Of a stretch of DNA of 64,000 nt, positions 26,677 through 36,297 are shown one piece after another. The stretch covers positions 32,001 through 96,000 of IMG/VR virus record IMGVR_UViG_3300025759_000064; one strand, written 5' to 3'. Numbering within the stretch: the stretch's first letter is position 1; each line of letters begins with the position of its first letter. The notes beneath the pieces are model-generated. The model did not search any database. It saw only the letters and a program-made list of their open reading frames with translations, and was not told the origin of the DNA. Source of the DNA: a virus. The position numbers and the translations under genes are program-made.

Positions 26677-26970
26677 GGCCTAGCCTCACGCATTACGCGG
26701 GCTTGGATTCTGATTCTCTTACGCTCGTCTACGCTATGCGTATCCTTCGCAGAATCCTCTCCAACCATACGGGTGGTAGTCACGCCCGTATCTTGAAAAA
26801 TAATCTCATCTTCTGCGAGAGCGAGACACACCCTGTTGACGCTATCTTAAACTCGCACCCTCATTTCGGTGTGTCCTCAGCACACCCGTTAATCTGCACA
26901 GTTTGTATGGATTCTGCTCATGTGCACATACGCACGTGAGGACAGAGCGGATTCACATAGAAAGAGGGTA

Positions 26971-27086
26971 ATATTCCGACTTGTCTAATGTACTATCTAA
27001 ACATTATACAGTAATATATAGAAGAGAGACTACAAGAATAATACAATTGTCAATCATACAAATGAATAATCGGAAACCTCGGACAA
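26971..27086. repeat. Imperfect palindromic element, divergent copy
   Basis: ATATTCCGACTTGTC...AT-rich spacer with ATGTACT...TAATCGGAAACCTCGGACAA. Confidence 0.5.
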
Positions 27087-27141
27087 TTATCTTTAACACA
27101 CTAGCATATCTATGCTCGAAGTTGACATCAGTTTAGTAGCC

Positions 27142-27165
27142 TTGACTATATAAACCGAGATTGAA
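27142..27165 (+). promoter_or_regulatory. 24-bp early promoter cassette, copy 2
   Basis: Exact consensus. Confidence 0.8.
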
Positions 27166-27174
27166 ACTAATGCC

Positions 27175-27408
27175 ATGAAAGAGTTGATTACCTCTGACTT
27201 TGCTTTGACAACGAATGACATCTTGAGTAGTGTGAGTATACACTGCTTGACTTGCTGTGTCCCAATACAAGTGGACATGGATGCTTTTCTTTACAGAGAG
27301 TGTGTGGATGGGGAGATGACTGAGAACTACAACATACAATGTGACTGTGATGCTGACGAACAACCTTGCCTTGTGCTACGCACTCATGTACTAGAGGTGG
27401 AAGAATGA
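27175..27408 (+). CDS. Small acidic Cys-rich protein
   Basis: 77 aa; starts 10 nt after the cassette, so probably leaderless. Confidence 0.6.
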   Translation: MKELITSDFALTTNDILSSVSIHCLTCCVPIQVDMDAFLYRECVDGEMTENYNIQCDCDADEQPCLVLRTHVLEVEE

Positions 27409-27548
27409 GTTTAACTTACTGCCCTAACTGTGGTTTGAATCCAAATCACCATCAGCCCGACGAACAACAAATATGGGAGAGCGACTATGTGAAAGAACAT
27501 GGTCTGTGCCACTATTGCGTTAATGTAGGAACAGGTGATGATGAATGA
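27405..27548 (+). CDS. Small Zn-finger protein
   Basis: MSLTYCPNC...LCHYC; ATGA-coupled. Confidence 0.6.
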   Translation: MSLTYCPNCGLNPNHHQPDEQQIWESDYVKEHGLCHYCVNVGTGDDE

Positions 27549-27691
27549 GTAGTACACACACTAGTAATACTCTTGGCTACATGCGTGGGTACTTTAGATT
27601 GAAGAGAGAGAATGCTGAGTTACTCAAACAGGTTACACAACTACAAGTTTTATGTCGTACACTTGCAGATGAAATAGAAGGTGATTGTTAA
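27545..27691 (+). CDS. Small coiled-coil protein (48 aa)
   Basis: Manual translation MSSTHTSNTLGYMRGYFRLKRENAELLKQV...; coupled on both sides. Confidence 0.55.
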   Translation: MSSTHTSNTLGYMRGYFRLKRENAELLKQVTQLQVLCRTLADEIEGDC

Positions 27692-28266
27692 TGGGTACAC
27701 GCTGTAACATACGTGTTGTTCAAGACACAGGTGATGAGTTGTGGTTCTATCGTCACAATGATGGTTACCCACAGGAAGTTATACCTAGCCTCACACCCTT
27801 GATGGAGAGATTGATAGACGGTACTGTTAGACCTAACGTGAGTCAGTTTTCAGGTTGGTTAATTGTATTAGGACATGAACAACGCACACCTTCATCACAC
27901 TATGGCGGTGGTAATGCTGAACTTGATTGGAAGGTAGGACACTACGAGCCTACCACATGTATGCATGGTGATATAGCATACCTATACACCATTGACCTAG
28001 ATTCAAAGTCAATACGTGTCACATGTGCGTTTGGTAATATGCCGGATGAGGATATAGATTACATTGAACGCACAAAGACAGAGATATGGCAGAAGTACAG
28101 GCAAGCGGGACTAACAGGCGATGACCTCCTAGATTCTAATTGGATACACTATGACACATATGAATGGTATCTAGGAGAATACGAAGTGGAGAGGTTTTTC
28201 TCATTGAAACAAGTAATCAACTTTATGCAAGATTGCGACATACCTGAGTTAGGTGATGATGAATGA
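27691..28266 (+). CDS. Hypothetical protein (MGTR..Y.H.DGYP viral family)
   Basis: MGTRCNI...FYRHNDGYP...HGDIAYLY. Confidence 0.7.
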   Translation: MGTRCNIRVVQDTGDELWFYRHNDGYPQEVIPSLTPLMERLIDGTVRPNVSQFSGWLIVLGHEQRTPSSHYGGGNAELDWKVGHYEPTTCMHGDIAYLYTIDLDSKSIRVTCAFGNMPDEDIDYIERTKTEIWQKYRQAGLTGDDLLDSNWIHYDTYEWYLGEYEVERFFSLKQVINFMQDCDIPELGDDE

Positions 28267-28574
28267 GTTACGAGTTTGTGATGATAACTTACGTTGTGCG
28301 TGATGGAGACAAGGAACACATAAACCACTACATAATGACGAAGAACAATGCAGAGAAGCACGATGTTGATTTGATACACATGATGTATTACTTGGATGGT
28401 TTTGATACAGATGAGGATGATGAGGTCAATGCAGAGCACATACTGTTACACATGTTAGAACATGAGGAAACACGTGGTTGGGTGACTACGGACTGGGGCA
28501 TGGTAAAGGTTGTTAGAAAAGAACCAATGAGCCGTGAGACTAAGGAACTGTTCAACAGTTACGGGGTGTACTGA
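28263..28574 (+). CDS. Hypothetical protein
   Basis: 103 aa, coupled. Confidence 0.65.
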   Translation: MSYEFVMITYVVRDGDKEHINHYIMTKNNAEKHDVDLIHMMYYLDGFDTDEDDEVNAEHILLHMLEHEETRGWVTTDWGMVKVVRKEPMSRETKELFNSYGVY

Positions 28575-28638
28575 ATGAGTATACACAACGAGATAATGAT
28601 GTGGAGAAAACACATAGCAAAATGCAGAGAGCAAGATG

Positions 28639-28662
28639 CTGACTATATAAACCGAGATTGAT
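28639..28662 (+). promoter_or_regulatory. 24-bp early promoter cassette, copy 3
   Basis: CTGACTATATAAACCGAGATTGAT (2 terminal mismatches). Confidence 0.75.
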
Positions 28663-28682
28663 AAGATAAGGGAGAGATTAAG

Positions 28683-29630
28683 ATGGCTATGAATAAAGAA
28701 CAGAAAAGAGCATACGGTGAAATGAAACAGAAAGAGAATAGTGAGCGTTGGTTCGATAACCTTAGTGCTGCTATCATTGACAACAAGATACCATGGCGTA
28801 AACCATGGAGAGGAGGCACTGCAAGTATGCCGCGTAATTTAGTAAGTAAGAAAGCATATCGTGGTGGTAATGTGATACAATTATGGGTAGCAGGTATGAC
28901 TAATGGTTGGTCTGACTTACGATTTGCTACACGCAAACAGTTGTTAGCAAAGGGTTACTCAATAGAAGGATTGACTAATGACAACGCGGTAAACATACAG
29001 TTCTTCAAGCGTAGTAAGTTCACTGTTGAGAACGAAGATACAGGAGAGGAAGAGACACGCAGCAGATGGTTAGTACGTTGGTACTCTGTATTCTGTGTTG
29101 AACAGTGTGTAGATTACGTAGCACCTGAGACTGATGAAGAAGTGGTAGTAGTGCCTGAGTCTGAGATGATGGTTCACTTCCAAGAGTATATTGATTCACA
29201 AGATACACTAGACTTACACCGTAAAGGTGTACGTGCATACTACAACCTAAGTAAAGATGAGATTGTTATGCCTCCACATGAGTCATTCATATCACCTATT
29301 GGTGAAGTGATGACTGCATTCCATGAGGCTATTCATAGTACGGGTCATGTCAAGAGAGTTGAACGACCACTCAAGTCTAAGTTTGGTTCACCTGAGTATG
29401 CCTTTGAAGAATTGATTGCTGAAATGGGGCAGTTAATCGTGACACTCACACTAGGTGGTGAGTTCAAACCTGATTCAGTGGTTGAAGATAATGCTAACAG
29501 TCAGGCTTACCTTAAGTCATGGTTGGCTGCGTGTAAAGATAAAGATAAGGCTCTCAGTCAAGCGTTTAGCAGTGCTCAAAATGCGGCTGACTATATAATA
29601 AACAGTATACAAAAGGAGGAAGAAGAATGA
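28683..29630 (+). CDS. ardC: ArdC-like antirestriction protein (ssDNA-binding domain plus zincin metallopeptidase)
   Basis: PWRKPW, YRGGN..LW, FAT..Q, HEAIHSTG, YAFEELIAE, YLKSWL. Confidence 0.9.
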   Translation: MAMNKEQKRAYGEMKQKENSERWFDNLSAAIIDNKIPWRKPWRGGTASMPRNLVSKKAYRGGNVIQLWVAGMTNGWSDLRFATRKQLLAKGYSIEGLTNDNAVNIQFFKRSKFTVENEDTGEEETRSRWLVRWYSVFCVEQCVDYVAPETDEEVVVVPESEMMVHFQEYIDSQDTLDLHRKGVRAYYNLSKDEIVMPPHESFISPIGEVMTAFHEAIHSTGHVKRVERPLKSKFGSPEYAFEELIAEMGQLIVTLTLGGEFKPDSVVEDNANSQAYLKSWLAACKDKDKALSQAFSSAQNAADYIINSIQKEEEE

Positions 29631-29671
29631 ATGATGAAACAATGAATGATGAAACAATGAATGTTGAAATA
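29627..29671 (+). repeat. 15-bp tandem repeat (MNDET MNDET MNVEI)
   Basis: ATGAATGATGAAACA x2 plus one degenerate copy. Confidence 0.7.
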
Positions 29672-29977
29672 TATGGGATGGGTGATGAACCACCTAGAGT
29701 GATTGATAAAGAACCTGAGTCAAAGATAGAAAACTTGAATGTGCATGATAATCCTATGGAAACAGCACAGCATATCATTAGAGCGATTGCTGATTATGAT
29801 GAGGACTTGTATGAATTAGTCATGTGCAAACCCGCATCATATCCTGATGAAGAGGATGACAAGTACCACGATGGTACTGCTGACTACGATAACGATGTGG
29901 ATTGGGCTGAGTTACACTCACTGATTGGGGCGTTACAATATATGTCAGAAAGATATTACAAGGAGGAAGAAGAATGA
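29627..29977 (+). CDS. Acidic hypothetical protein
   Basis: 116 aa, coupled. Confidence 0.65.
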   Translation: MNDETMNDETMNVEIYGMGDEPPRVIDKEPESKIENLNVHDNPMETAQHIIRAIADYDEDLYELVMCKPASYPDEEDDKYHDGTADYDNDVDWAELHSLIGALQYMSERYYKEEEE

Positions 29978-32670
29978 TTGATACAACTAGATTTATACCG
30001 AGCAACGAAGATATGCACAAACTAATCAAAGCCTTTGCGTCAGTTCACGTAGAGAATGAGAAAGATGACATCGGGCCTAACAGACCTGACGCACCATTCT
30101 TTGAGAGAGTAGCACGCATGGATAGTATTGATGAAGAAGATTACATCGAGATGGCTGATAGATTCTATAAATACATTAACACACAACTACCAACTATTCA
30201 ACACATCGCTGGCTACCCACCTGAAACAGATTGGTCTCAAGCACTTATTGTATTGAAAGAGAAAGGTGAGAAGGCTAGGGCTGCTAGACTAGAACGTGAA
30301 AAGATACTTGCACAATTTGAAAGAGATAGAGGAGATATACGCCGTTTGTTTATGGATGCGGTGAAGAAGTTACAATGTGAATCAAGCATTAATGCTTTTA
30401 ATGTATCTTTTGTTAGAGTATTACCTGAAACAAACATGATTAGTTTTGCTACGCAGTTGGAGGAAATAGGTATGACATCAGCCGAGGCTCTAGCCGAAGT
30501 TGCTACATGGATGCGTAAGTATGCACAGATGATAGTCTCCAATAATCAGTCAAAAATAGTCCAAATTGAGGAATATGAAGAGGTTTGGTACAGCAGAAAC
30601 GACCCTCACCAACGTTATCCGCGTAAAAGTAAGAGGTTAGCATTGGATTGGGGTACACGTGACTCAGACCTGTATAGGACTCTAAAGAACAAGATACCCT
30701 TCCCCTCATTCAAATGGGATGGGGAGAAAATGTCAGTAGCACTTGATGTTATGGTGATTAATACTGCTGTTAAAATACTACAAGAAATGGGCTATTTTAC
30801 CCATGTAATAGAAGTTTTTGCATCAAAACTTGAAGCAAGTCAACCCACACCTACTAACAGTAGTGGTTATAGTGCCACCTTAAAATCAGATGCTATAATA
30901 CTCAAAGTTCCATTCGATGATACTAATTCAAGGGCTGTAATTAAAAATGTAAATGGTAGGAAATGGTTAGCAGACATCAAAGCATGGTCTGTTCCTCTAT
31001 CGGAAGCAAATGTGTTGATTAAAAAACTAGGTGAGAAAGATGTGTTTGGTGAACAATCAAGTCAGAAACAGAAACTACTCGCTGAGGTAAATAAGATAGA
31101 AGAAGTCAAAACATACCTCATGGGTAAGGCTGAGAGAATAGCAATCAGTGATGCTACCGCTTTACATGACGATGATTTAGTCAAGGACATGAAAGACAGA
31201 CTAGCAGCAATGTTTCCCGCAGGTCGCGAGTTATATCCTTTCCAATACGCTGGTGTTAGGTTTGCTGAGTTAGCAGATGGGAGATGTCTCATTGGTGATG
31301 ACATGGGTGTAGGTAAGACCATCCAAGCAATTGCATACTCAGCCTTACATCAGGAACATTGGCCTGTAATTGTGGTATGCCCTGCTAATCTAAAGTATAA
31401 TTGGGGCAGAGAAATTAGCACTTGGCTACCTAACTCAACTGTTCAAGTGGTAAAGAATGGGAAGGTGGATTTAGAAGGCTGTGACTTTACCGTTATCAAC
31501 TACGACTTAGCAACTAGACAGAAGGATAACTTAGATGCTTTAGGTGCTAATCTAATCATCTTCGATGAATCACATTACTTGAAGAATAGTAAAGCCAAGA
31601 GAACTATTGCTTGTGTATCCGTAGCAGAGAATGCTAACTCAGTTATATGTCTCAGTGGTACACCGATTACTAACAGACCAATTGAACTATTCACTACGCT
31701 TGAGATGATTAAACCTGCTGAATACAAGGGCAACTTCTTCCCTTATGCTAAAAGATATTGTAATGCTCATAACAATGGTTGGGGTTGGGACTTCAACGGT
31801 TCATCCAATGTTGAAGAGTTGCATGAGAAACTAAGAGATATTATGATACGCAGAATGAAGAACGATGTGCTTGAAGAGTTGCCTGATAAGATTAGACAGT
31901 TCATTCCAATAGTACCTAGTACAAAGTATCTAGCAGATTATAGAAGGCTTGCTAGACAATGGCTCAGTGAGTATGACTACTACAAGACAGCAGGTGGTAT
32001 GCCAGCAGGGTTTGTATTGAATATGCTTACTGCACTTAGACATGCTGCTGGGCAAATGAAAGTACCTGCTGCTGCTGATTGGATAGCAGAGTACCACGAC
32101 CAAAACCCTGACAAACCTATCATAGTATTCCACCATCACAAAGATGTAGGAGAAGAATTGATTAAACTATTACGCACTGATAAAAGATTCAGTGGTAGGA
32201 GATGGAGTACAATCAACGGTAGTACCCCTGCTGAAAAGAGAGATGCTAGAGTTCAGGCTTTCCAAGCAGGTGAATTAAGTGGGCTTATCTGTTCAACGAT
32301 TGCTGCTAAAGAAGGATTGACTCTTACAGAAGCAGACACAGTAGTGTTCATAGAAAGAGAATGGGTATCAGGTTGGGAAGAACAAGCAGAAGATAGAGTC
32401 AATCGTATAGGACAAGATGCTGATACAGTACACGCAGTATATCTATCAGTTGTTGGTACTATTGATGAGAAGTTTGATAGAATCGTAGAAGATAAGAGAG
32501 AGGTTGTAAGTGCAATCTTAGATGGTACTACACATGAAGAAGGTACTAAGTCAGGGGTAGCAAAAGCATTACTGCAAGCAATGGTTGATGCGGGAGACAT
32601 ACCAGCAGGTATGATGAAAGACATAGGTGTTGCTAAACCTAAGTCACACACAGGAGAGGAAGAAGAATGA
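29974..32670 (+). CDS. SNF2-family (HARP/SMARCAL1-like) helicase
   Basis: LYPFQ, GDDMGVGKT, DESH, LSGTP..NRP, GLTLT, QAEDRVNRIGQ; HARP-like segments N-terminal. Confidence 0.9.
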   Translation: MIDTTRFIPSNEDMHKLIKAFASVHVENEKDDIGPNRPDAPFFERVARMDSIDEEDYIEMADRFYKYINTQLPTIQHIAGYPPETDWSQALIVLKEKGEKARAARLEREKILAQFERDRGDIRRLFMDAVKKLQCESSINAFNVSFVRVLPETNMISFATQLEEIGMTSAEALAEVATWMRKYAQMIVSNNQSKIVQIEEYEEVWYSRNDPHQRYPRKSKRLALDWGTRDSDLYRTLKNKIPFPSFKWDGEKMSVALDVMVINTAVKILQEMGYFTHVIEVFASKLEASQPTPTNSSGYSATLKSDAIILKVPFDDTNSRAVIKNVNGRKWLADIKAWSVPLSEANVLIKKLGEKDVFGEQSSQKQKLLAEVNKIEEVKTYLMGKAERIAISDATALHDDDLVKDMKDRLAAMFPAGRELYPFQYAGVRFAELADGRCLIGDDMGVGKTIQAIAYSALHQEHWPVIVVCPANLKYNWGREISTWLPNSTVQVVKNGKVDLEGCDFTVINYDLATRQKDNLDALGANLIIFDESHYLKNSKAKRTIACVSVAENANSVICLSGTPITNRPIELFTTLEMIKPAEYKGNFFPYAKRYCNAHNNGWGWDFNGSSNVEELHEKLRDIMIRRMKNDVLEELPDKIRQFIPIVPSTKYLADYRRLARQWLSEYDYYKTAGGMPAGFVLNMLTALRHAAGQMKVPAAADWIAEYHDQNPDKPIIVFHHHKDVGEELIKLLRTDKRFSGRRWSTINGSTPAEKRDARVQAFQAGELSGLICSTIAAKEGLTLTEADTVVFIEREWVSGWEEQAEDRVNRIGQDADTVHAVYLSVVGTIDEKFDRIVEDKREVVSAILDGTTHEEGTKSGVAKALLQAMVDAGDIPAGMMKDIGVAKPKSHTGEEEE

Positions 32671-32673
32671 ACC

Positions 32674-32697
32674 TTGGCTATATAAACCGAGATTGAA
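32674..32697 (+). promoter_or_regulatory. 24-bp early promoter cassette, copy 4
   Basis: TTGGCTATATAAACCGAGATTGAA (1 mismatch). Confidence 0.78.
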
Positions 32698-32701
32698 TTA
32701 A

Positions 32702-32986
32702 GTGGTGATTAAGATGTTGTTTGATTGTGAGTTTTGTAATGAAAAAGGAATGGAATTAAGTCTAGGGACATACTTAGCACCCTCAGTATTCTATGGTGGT
32801 GAGCCTAAGGAAACAGACATTATCGTAATGAAATGTATTGAGTGTGGTGTGCATGAGCCTTGTGATGATGATGATTTAATAGGCTTCATCATGCAGATAT
32901 TAGGTGAGACTAACTACCAAAAAGCGATGATAAAAACACTACAAATATTGTGGAAAGAAACATACATGAAGGAGATGATTGAATGA
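32702..32986 (+). CDS. Zn-ribbon protein
   Basis: CxxC...CxxC; the start may be ATG at 32714. Confidence 0.6.
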   Translation: MVIKMLFDCEFCNEKGMELSLGTYLAPSVFYGGEPKETDIIVMKCIECGVHEPCDDDDLIGFIMQILGETNYQKAMIKTLQILWKETYMKEMIE

Positions 32987-33255
32987 AGATAGACTTAAGC
33001 GAAACAAAACCTGTGTATGAAATACACATTTGGTATGAAATATCAGAGTGTAAAACCTGCGACCATATGTCGTTAGGTGAGTTTGATGACTTTGAAAAGT
33101 TCGACAATAAAGATGAGGCGATAGAAGCGTATAACAAATTAGATTGTGCATACAAAATACTCATGGAATATGCTGGTGATGATGGTGATTGGTTAATGCA
33201 ATGTGCACCCAAAAGGCGGAACATGCTACAAGATAGTGGAGGTGATGATGAATGA
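32983..33255 (+). CDS. Hypothetical protein
   Basis: 90 aa, coupled. Confidence 0.6.
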   Translation: MKIDLSETKPVYEIHIWYEISECKTCDHMSLGEFDDFEKFDNKDEAIEAYNKLDCAYKILMEYAGDDGDWLMQCAPKRRNMLQDSGGDDE

Positions 33256-33458
33256 TTGACACAGACATGGCTGAACAAATACTGCAAGGTGATGACACAC
33301 ACCCTGACATCCCATGTCATAACAGCAGGTTACAGGCGTTGGGACTAGAGATGCTCGCAGAAGTCAAGCGGTTGCGATACCACCTTGACTTGATGATAGA
33401 AAAGTTCGGTGAAGCATACCTTATTGAAACATTGATTGAAAGAGGTGAAGAAGAATGA
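33252..33458 (+). CDS. MIDTD/AEVKRL paralog 1
   Basis: MIDTD start; LAEVKRLR. Confidence 0.65.
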   Translation: MIDTDMAEQILQGDDTHPDIPCHNSRLQALGLEMLAEVKRLRYHLDLMIEKFGEAYLIETLIERGEEE

Positions 33459-33754
33459 TTGACACAGACACAATTGAAAAATACATACTTGGTGGTGAAT
33501 GGGAGAACCAATACCCACAAGTAATAGAATATCTGCTCGCAGAAGTCAAGAGGTTGAAAAAAGAACTAGCGTTTTACACAGACAACTGCACTGTTGTGTG
33601 GATGCTCGATGATGTCTTGTCCGTTGATAACACATTGTCAGATGAACAAGCATCGTGGGTTCTTGAAAGAATGGAACACAAGCACGACGCTTGCTTAGGT
33701 ATCAGTTGGGACACGATTGAGTTTTGGATTAGCGAGGTGAAGAAGAATGATTGA
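33455..33754 (+). CDS. MIDTD/AEVKRL paralog 2
   Basis: MIDTD start; LLAEVKRLK. Confidence 0.65.
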   Translation: MIDTDTIEKYILGGEWENQYPQVIEYLLAEVKRLKKELAFYTDNCTVVWMLDDVLSVDNTLSDEQASWVLERMEHKHDACLGISWDTIEFWISEVKKND

Positions 33755-34196
33755 CACAGACAAATACGAAGGACATACAGTAAATCGTAGGGATAAATTG
33801 GGAACTTTTGCTGGTACTGATATATATGTATGGACTTACTTTGCTCAAGAACTTCCGAGTTGGACGAGTAAAGCGGATTTCCTATTGGTAGAAGACGCAC
33901 CACTTCTCCTAGCAGAATACAAAAAACTACGTCAGTTTGCTAGGCTTAGTAATTACAGTTTTTCTGAATCATTACCTGAATTGATGCAAGCACTTGTAGA
34001 TGAGCGAGCAGAAGTCAAGCGGTTGCGTGAAGAACTTGACGAGGTTTATCAAGAGAGAGATAAATACGAAGGTGCTTTGAACATAGCACTTGAACACTTA
34101 GGCTATCAAGGTGCAGACCACGAATGGTTTTGCAGAGAGAAGTATCAATGCAATGTGTATGGTGATGAACTACTAACAAAGGAGGAAGAAGAATGA
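33747..34196 (+). CDS. MIDTD/AEVKRL paralog 3
   Basis: MIDTDKYEGHT; DAPLLLAE; AEVKRLR. Confidence 0.65.
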   Translation: MIDTDKYEGHTVNRRDKLGTFAGTDIYVWTYFAQELPSWTSKADFLLVEDAPLLLAEYKKLRQFARLSNYSFSESLPELMQALVDERAEVKRLREELDEVYQERDKYEGALNIALEHLGYQGADHEWFCREKYQCNVYGDELLTKEEEE

Positions 34197-34528
34197 TTGA
34201 CACAGACAAATACGAAAAACATACACCTATGTGGTATTTAGATGGTGACTCAGATGGATGGTGGATTCTATCTGACTTCACTACACATAATGATTGCGTA
34301 GTAGCGGAAGTGCGGTCAGAAAACGAAGCCGATGCACAACTCATGGCAGACGCACCTGACTTACTCATAGAAGTCAAGCGGTTGCGTCGTCTATGTAATA
34401 CATTATTCACCTATGCACATAGCATTGAAACCGGACAATCCACCATCGAGAAATCCAATGGAGAGCCTCTAAGCACAATAGATTTTGAGAAAGATATGAC
34501 TTGGGTGAATTGGGGTGAAGAAGAATGA
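34193..34528 (+). CDS. MIDTD/AEVKRL paralog 4
   Basis: MIDTDKYEKHTP..W; ADAQLMADAPDLLIEVKRLR. Confidence 0.65.
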   Translation: MIDTDKYEKHTPMWYLDGDSDGWWILSDFTTHNDCVVAEVRSENEADAQLMADAPDLLIEVKRLRRLCNTLFTYAHSIETGQSTIEKSNGEPLSTIDFEKDMTWVNWGEEE

Positions 34529-34676
34529 ATCTAGTTAATGTAATACCTGCTGTATTAGTATTTGGGATATTTATTACTTTGATAGGTCACCTGTTATTTG
34601 AATCATTCATATACTCTCGCACCCGTATGAATTGATGATAGTCGTTGTTTGCGATTATATGAGAGTGATTAGAACA

Positions 34677-34700
34677 TTGACTATATAAACCGAGATTGAA
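34677..34700 (+). promoter_or_regulatory. 24-bp early promoter cassette, copy 5
   Basis: Exact consensus. Confidence 0.8.
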
Positions 34701-34716
34701 TGAAAGAGTGGTAACT

Positions 34717-34905
34717 ATGACAAATAAGAATTGGATTAACTTTGCTAGATACAGTTCCCCACCAATAGGTAAGGGTAGGATGTATCAGTGTGAACTGAAT
34801 GAACAAGAGGGTGAATTGATATTGAGTATAGACCTTGATGGGACTAGATTTGAAGGTAAACTATACGATATAAGTATGATATTAACGAAGGAGGAAGAAG
34901 AATGA
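34717..34905 (+). CDS. Hypothetical protein
   Basis: ATG at 34717 after the cassette. Confidence 0.6.
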   Translation: MTNKNWINFARYSSPPIGKGRMYQCELNEQEGELILSIDLDGTRFEGKLYDISMILTKEEEE

Positions 34906-35180
34906 GTTACGGATATGAACCTAGTCCTAAACCTACATGGTGGAAGGGACTAACTGAGAAAGAGCAGATAGAGTGGTATAATGGTTACATTAAAGCACTA
35001 AAGGATGTAATTACTTACGGTAATAGTAACATAAACGGTGACCTTGAAGATGCGAGGCGAGAGTTATTTTTACTAACAGGAAAATACGAAAGAAACACCG
35101 ATAAAGAACCCACAATGTTAGATGTGATTATGAAAATGAGTAGTAACATTGTGAGATATGAAAAGGGGGAAGAAGAATGA
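34902..35180 (+). CDS. Hypothetical protein
   Basis: 92 aa, coupled. Confidence 0.6.
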   Translation: MSYGYEPSPKPTWWKGLTEKEQIEWYNGYIKALKDVITYGNSNINGDLEDARRELFLLTGKYERNTDKEPTMLDVIMKMSSNIVRYEKGEEE

Positions 35181-36016
35181 GTATGAAGGGTAAGGCAAAA
35201 AGAGGGCGAAATTGGGATAATTTACAAGAAGAGTTCGTTTATGAACTAGCAGAAACTAGAATGGCAAACGGTGAATTGATGGGTTTACCTGCCATAACAA
35301 TGTTCTATAATCAAGAGTTTAATGGTAAATATGATGATTGGATTGAGCGACCAGTTAGTGCTATCGCTTCTAGGTTAAACAAAATACGTGCTAGAAAGAA
35401 AGATGAGATGTTAAGAGAAAAACGTAGACAAGCGTTAGCAAATCAAAGAGAAAATTATCAGCGTGAAATAAATGAGACGATTGAAGAAATAACTCCTAAA
35501 AATAAACACATGACACTAGATGCACATAAAAGATTACTAAAATCTGAACGTCATGTAAAGGGTGCAGAAACTAAAAGAGAGTTAGCAAAGACTCATCTAA
35601 ACTTAGGTAAAACTTGGTCGATGGATGACAAGATATACTTGTATGAAAATTGGGATATTGATGGTATATTTGGTGCAAGTACTATTTCTGACCATGCACA
35701 AGAGGTAGCGGATACTCTCAGTAGGACTCTTGATTCTTGTCGCACTAAACATTACGTTTTATCGAGAGATAAAAAGTTCTTGAAGAGGTACGAGGAAATG
35801 TATGGTATTCGTAAGGATGGTGTATTTAAGAAATACATGGAAGAGAAAAATGAAGTAAAAACTCTTGAAGATATTGTTGAATACCGAGGCTTCACCTCAC
35901 TCTTCTTCCGTCTGTATACATGGTCTAAGAATAGGAAAGACCGTAAGAGGATGAAGAAAGAACTAAAGAGACAGGCTCAAGAAAAATACAGAAGATATGT
36001 GGAGGACTTAGAATGA
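35177..36016 (+). CDS. Basic protein with two Myb/SANT-like HTH segments
   Basis: W..(L/D).E/K..Y...RP.SAIASR and WS.DD..YL....A..L.RT..SC patterns. Confidence 0.5.
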   Translation: MSMKGKAKRGRNWDNLQEEFVYELAETRMANGELMGLPAITMFYNQEFNGKYDDWIERPVSAIASRLNKIRARKKDEMLREKRRQALANQRENYQREINETIEEITPKNKHMTLDAHKRLLKSERHVKGAETKRELAKTHLNLGKTWSMDDKIYLYENWDIDGIFGASTISDHAQEVADTLSRTLDSCRTKHYVLSRDKKFLKRYEEMYGIRKDGVFKKYMEEKNEVKTLEDIVEYRGFTSLFFRLYTWSKNRKDRKRMKKELKRQAQEKYRRYVEDLE

Positions 36017-36240
36017 TTGACACAGACACACTCATTCAAGCATTCAAACGCGGTGTAGAAGATGGTCTTATAGAACAAGGATTGGTTCATGCTCATGAAT
36101 ATTCACAGTTTGCTTTAATAGCGGATGAATTAGGTGATGGGAGTGAGTATCTTTGGAAAAACTACCAAGATGGCTATGAGTTTGGTGCGTATCTTCACCA
36201 CGTTATGTCTGTTGCGGATGTAGAGGTGATGAGAGAATGA
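36013..36240 (+). CDS. MIDTD-start hypothetical protein
   Basis: 75 aa. Confidence 0.6.
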   Translation: MIDTDTLIQAFKRGVEDGLIEQGLVHAHEYSQFALIADELGDGSEYLWKNYQDGYEFGAYLHHVMSVADVEVMRE

Positions 36241-36297
36241 AGATGCCTGAGATGTATTACAATCAGGGAAGTATATACTATCCCCGCAATAGAACTG

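Noticed and set aside
26598-26939. ORFs 26598..26831 (-) and 26703..26939 (+)
   Set aside because: They overlap the hairpin/terminator region or follow it, with no SD or coupling and atypical composition.
29587-29598. Partial promoter cassette CTGACTATATAA inside ardC
   Set aside because: It lacks ACCGAGATTGA and encodes the usual ArdC C-terminal AADYI, so it is likely coincidental.
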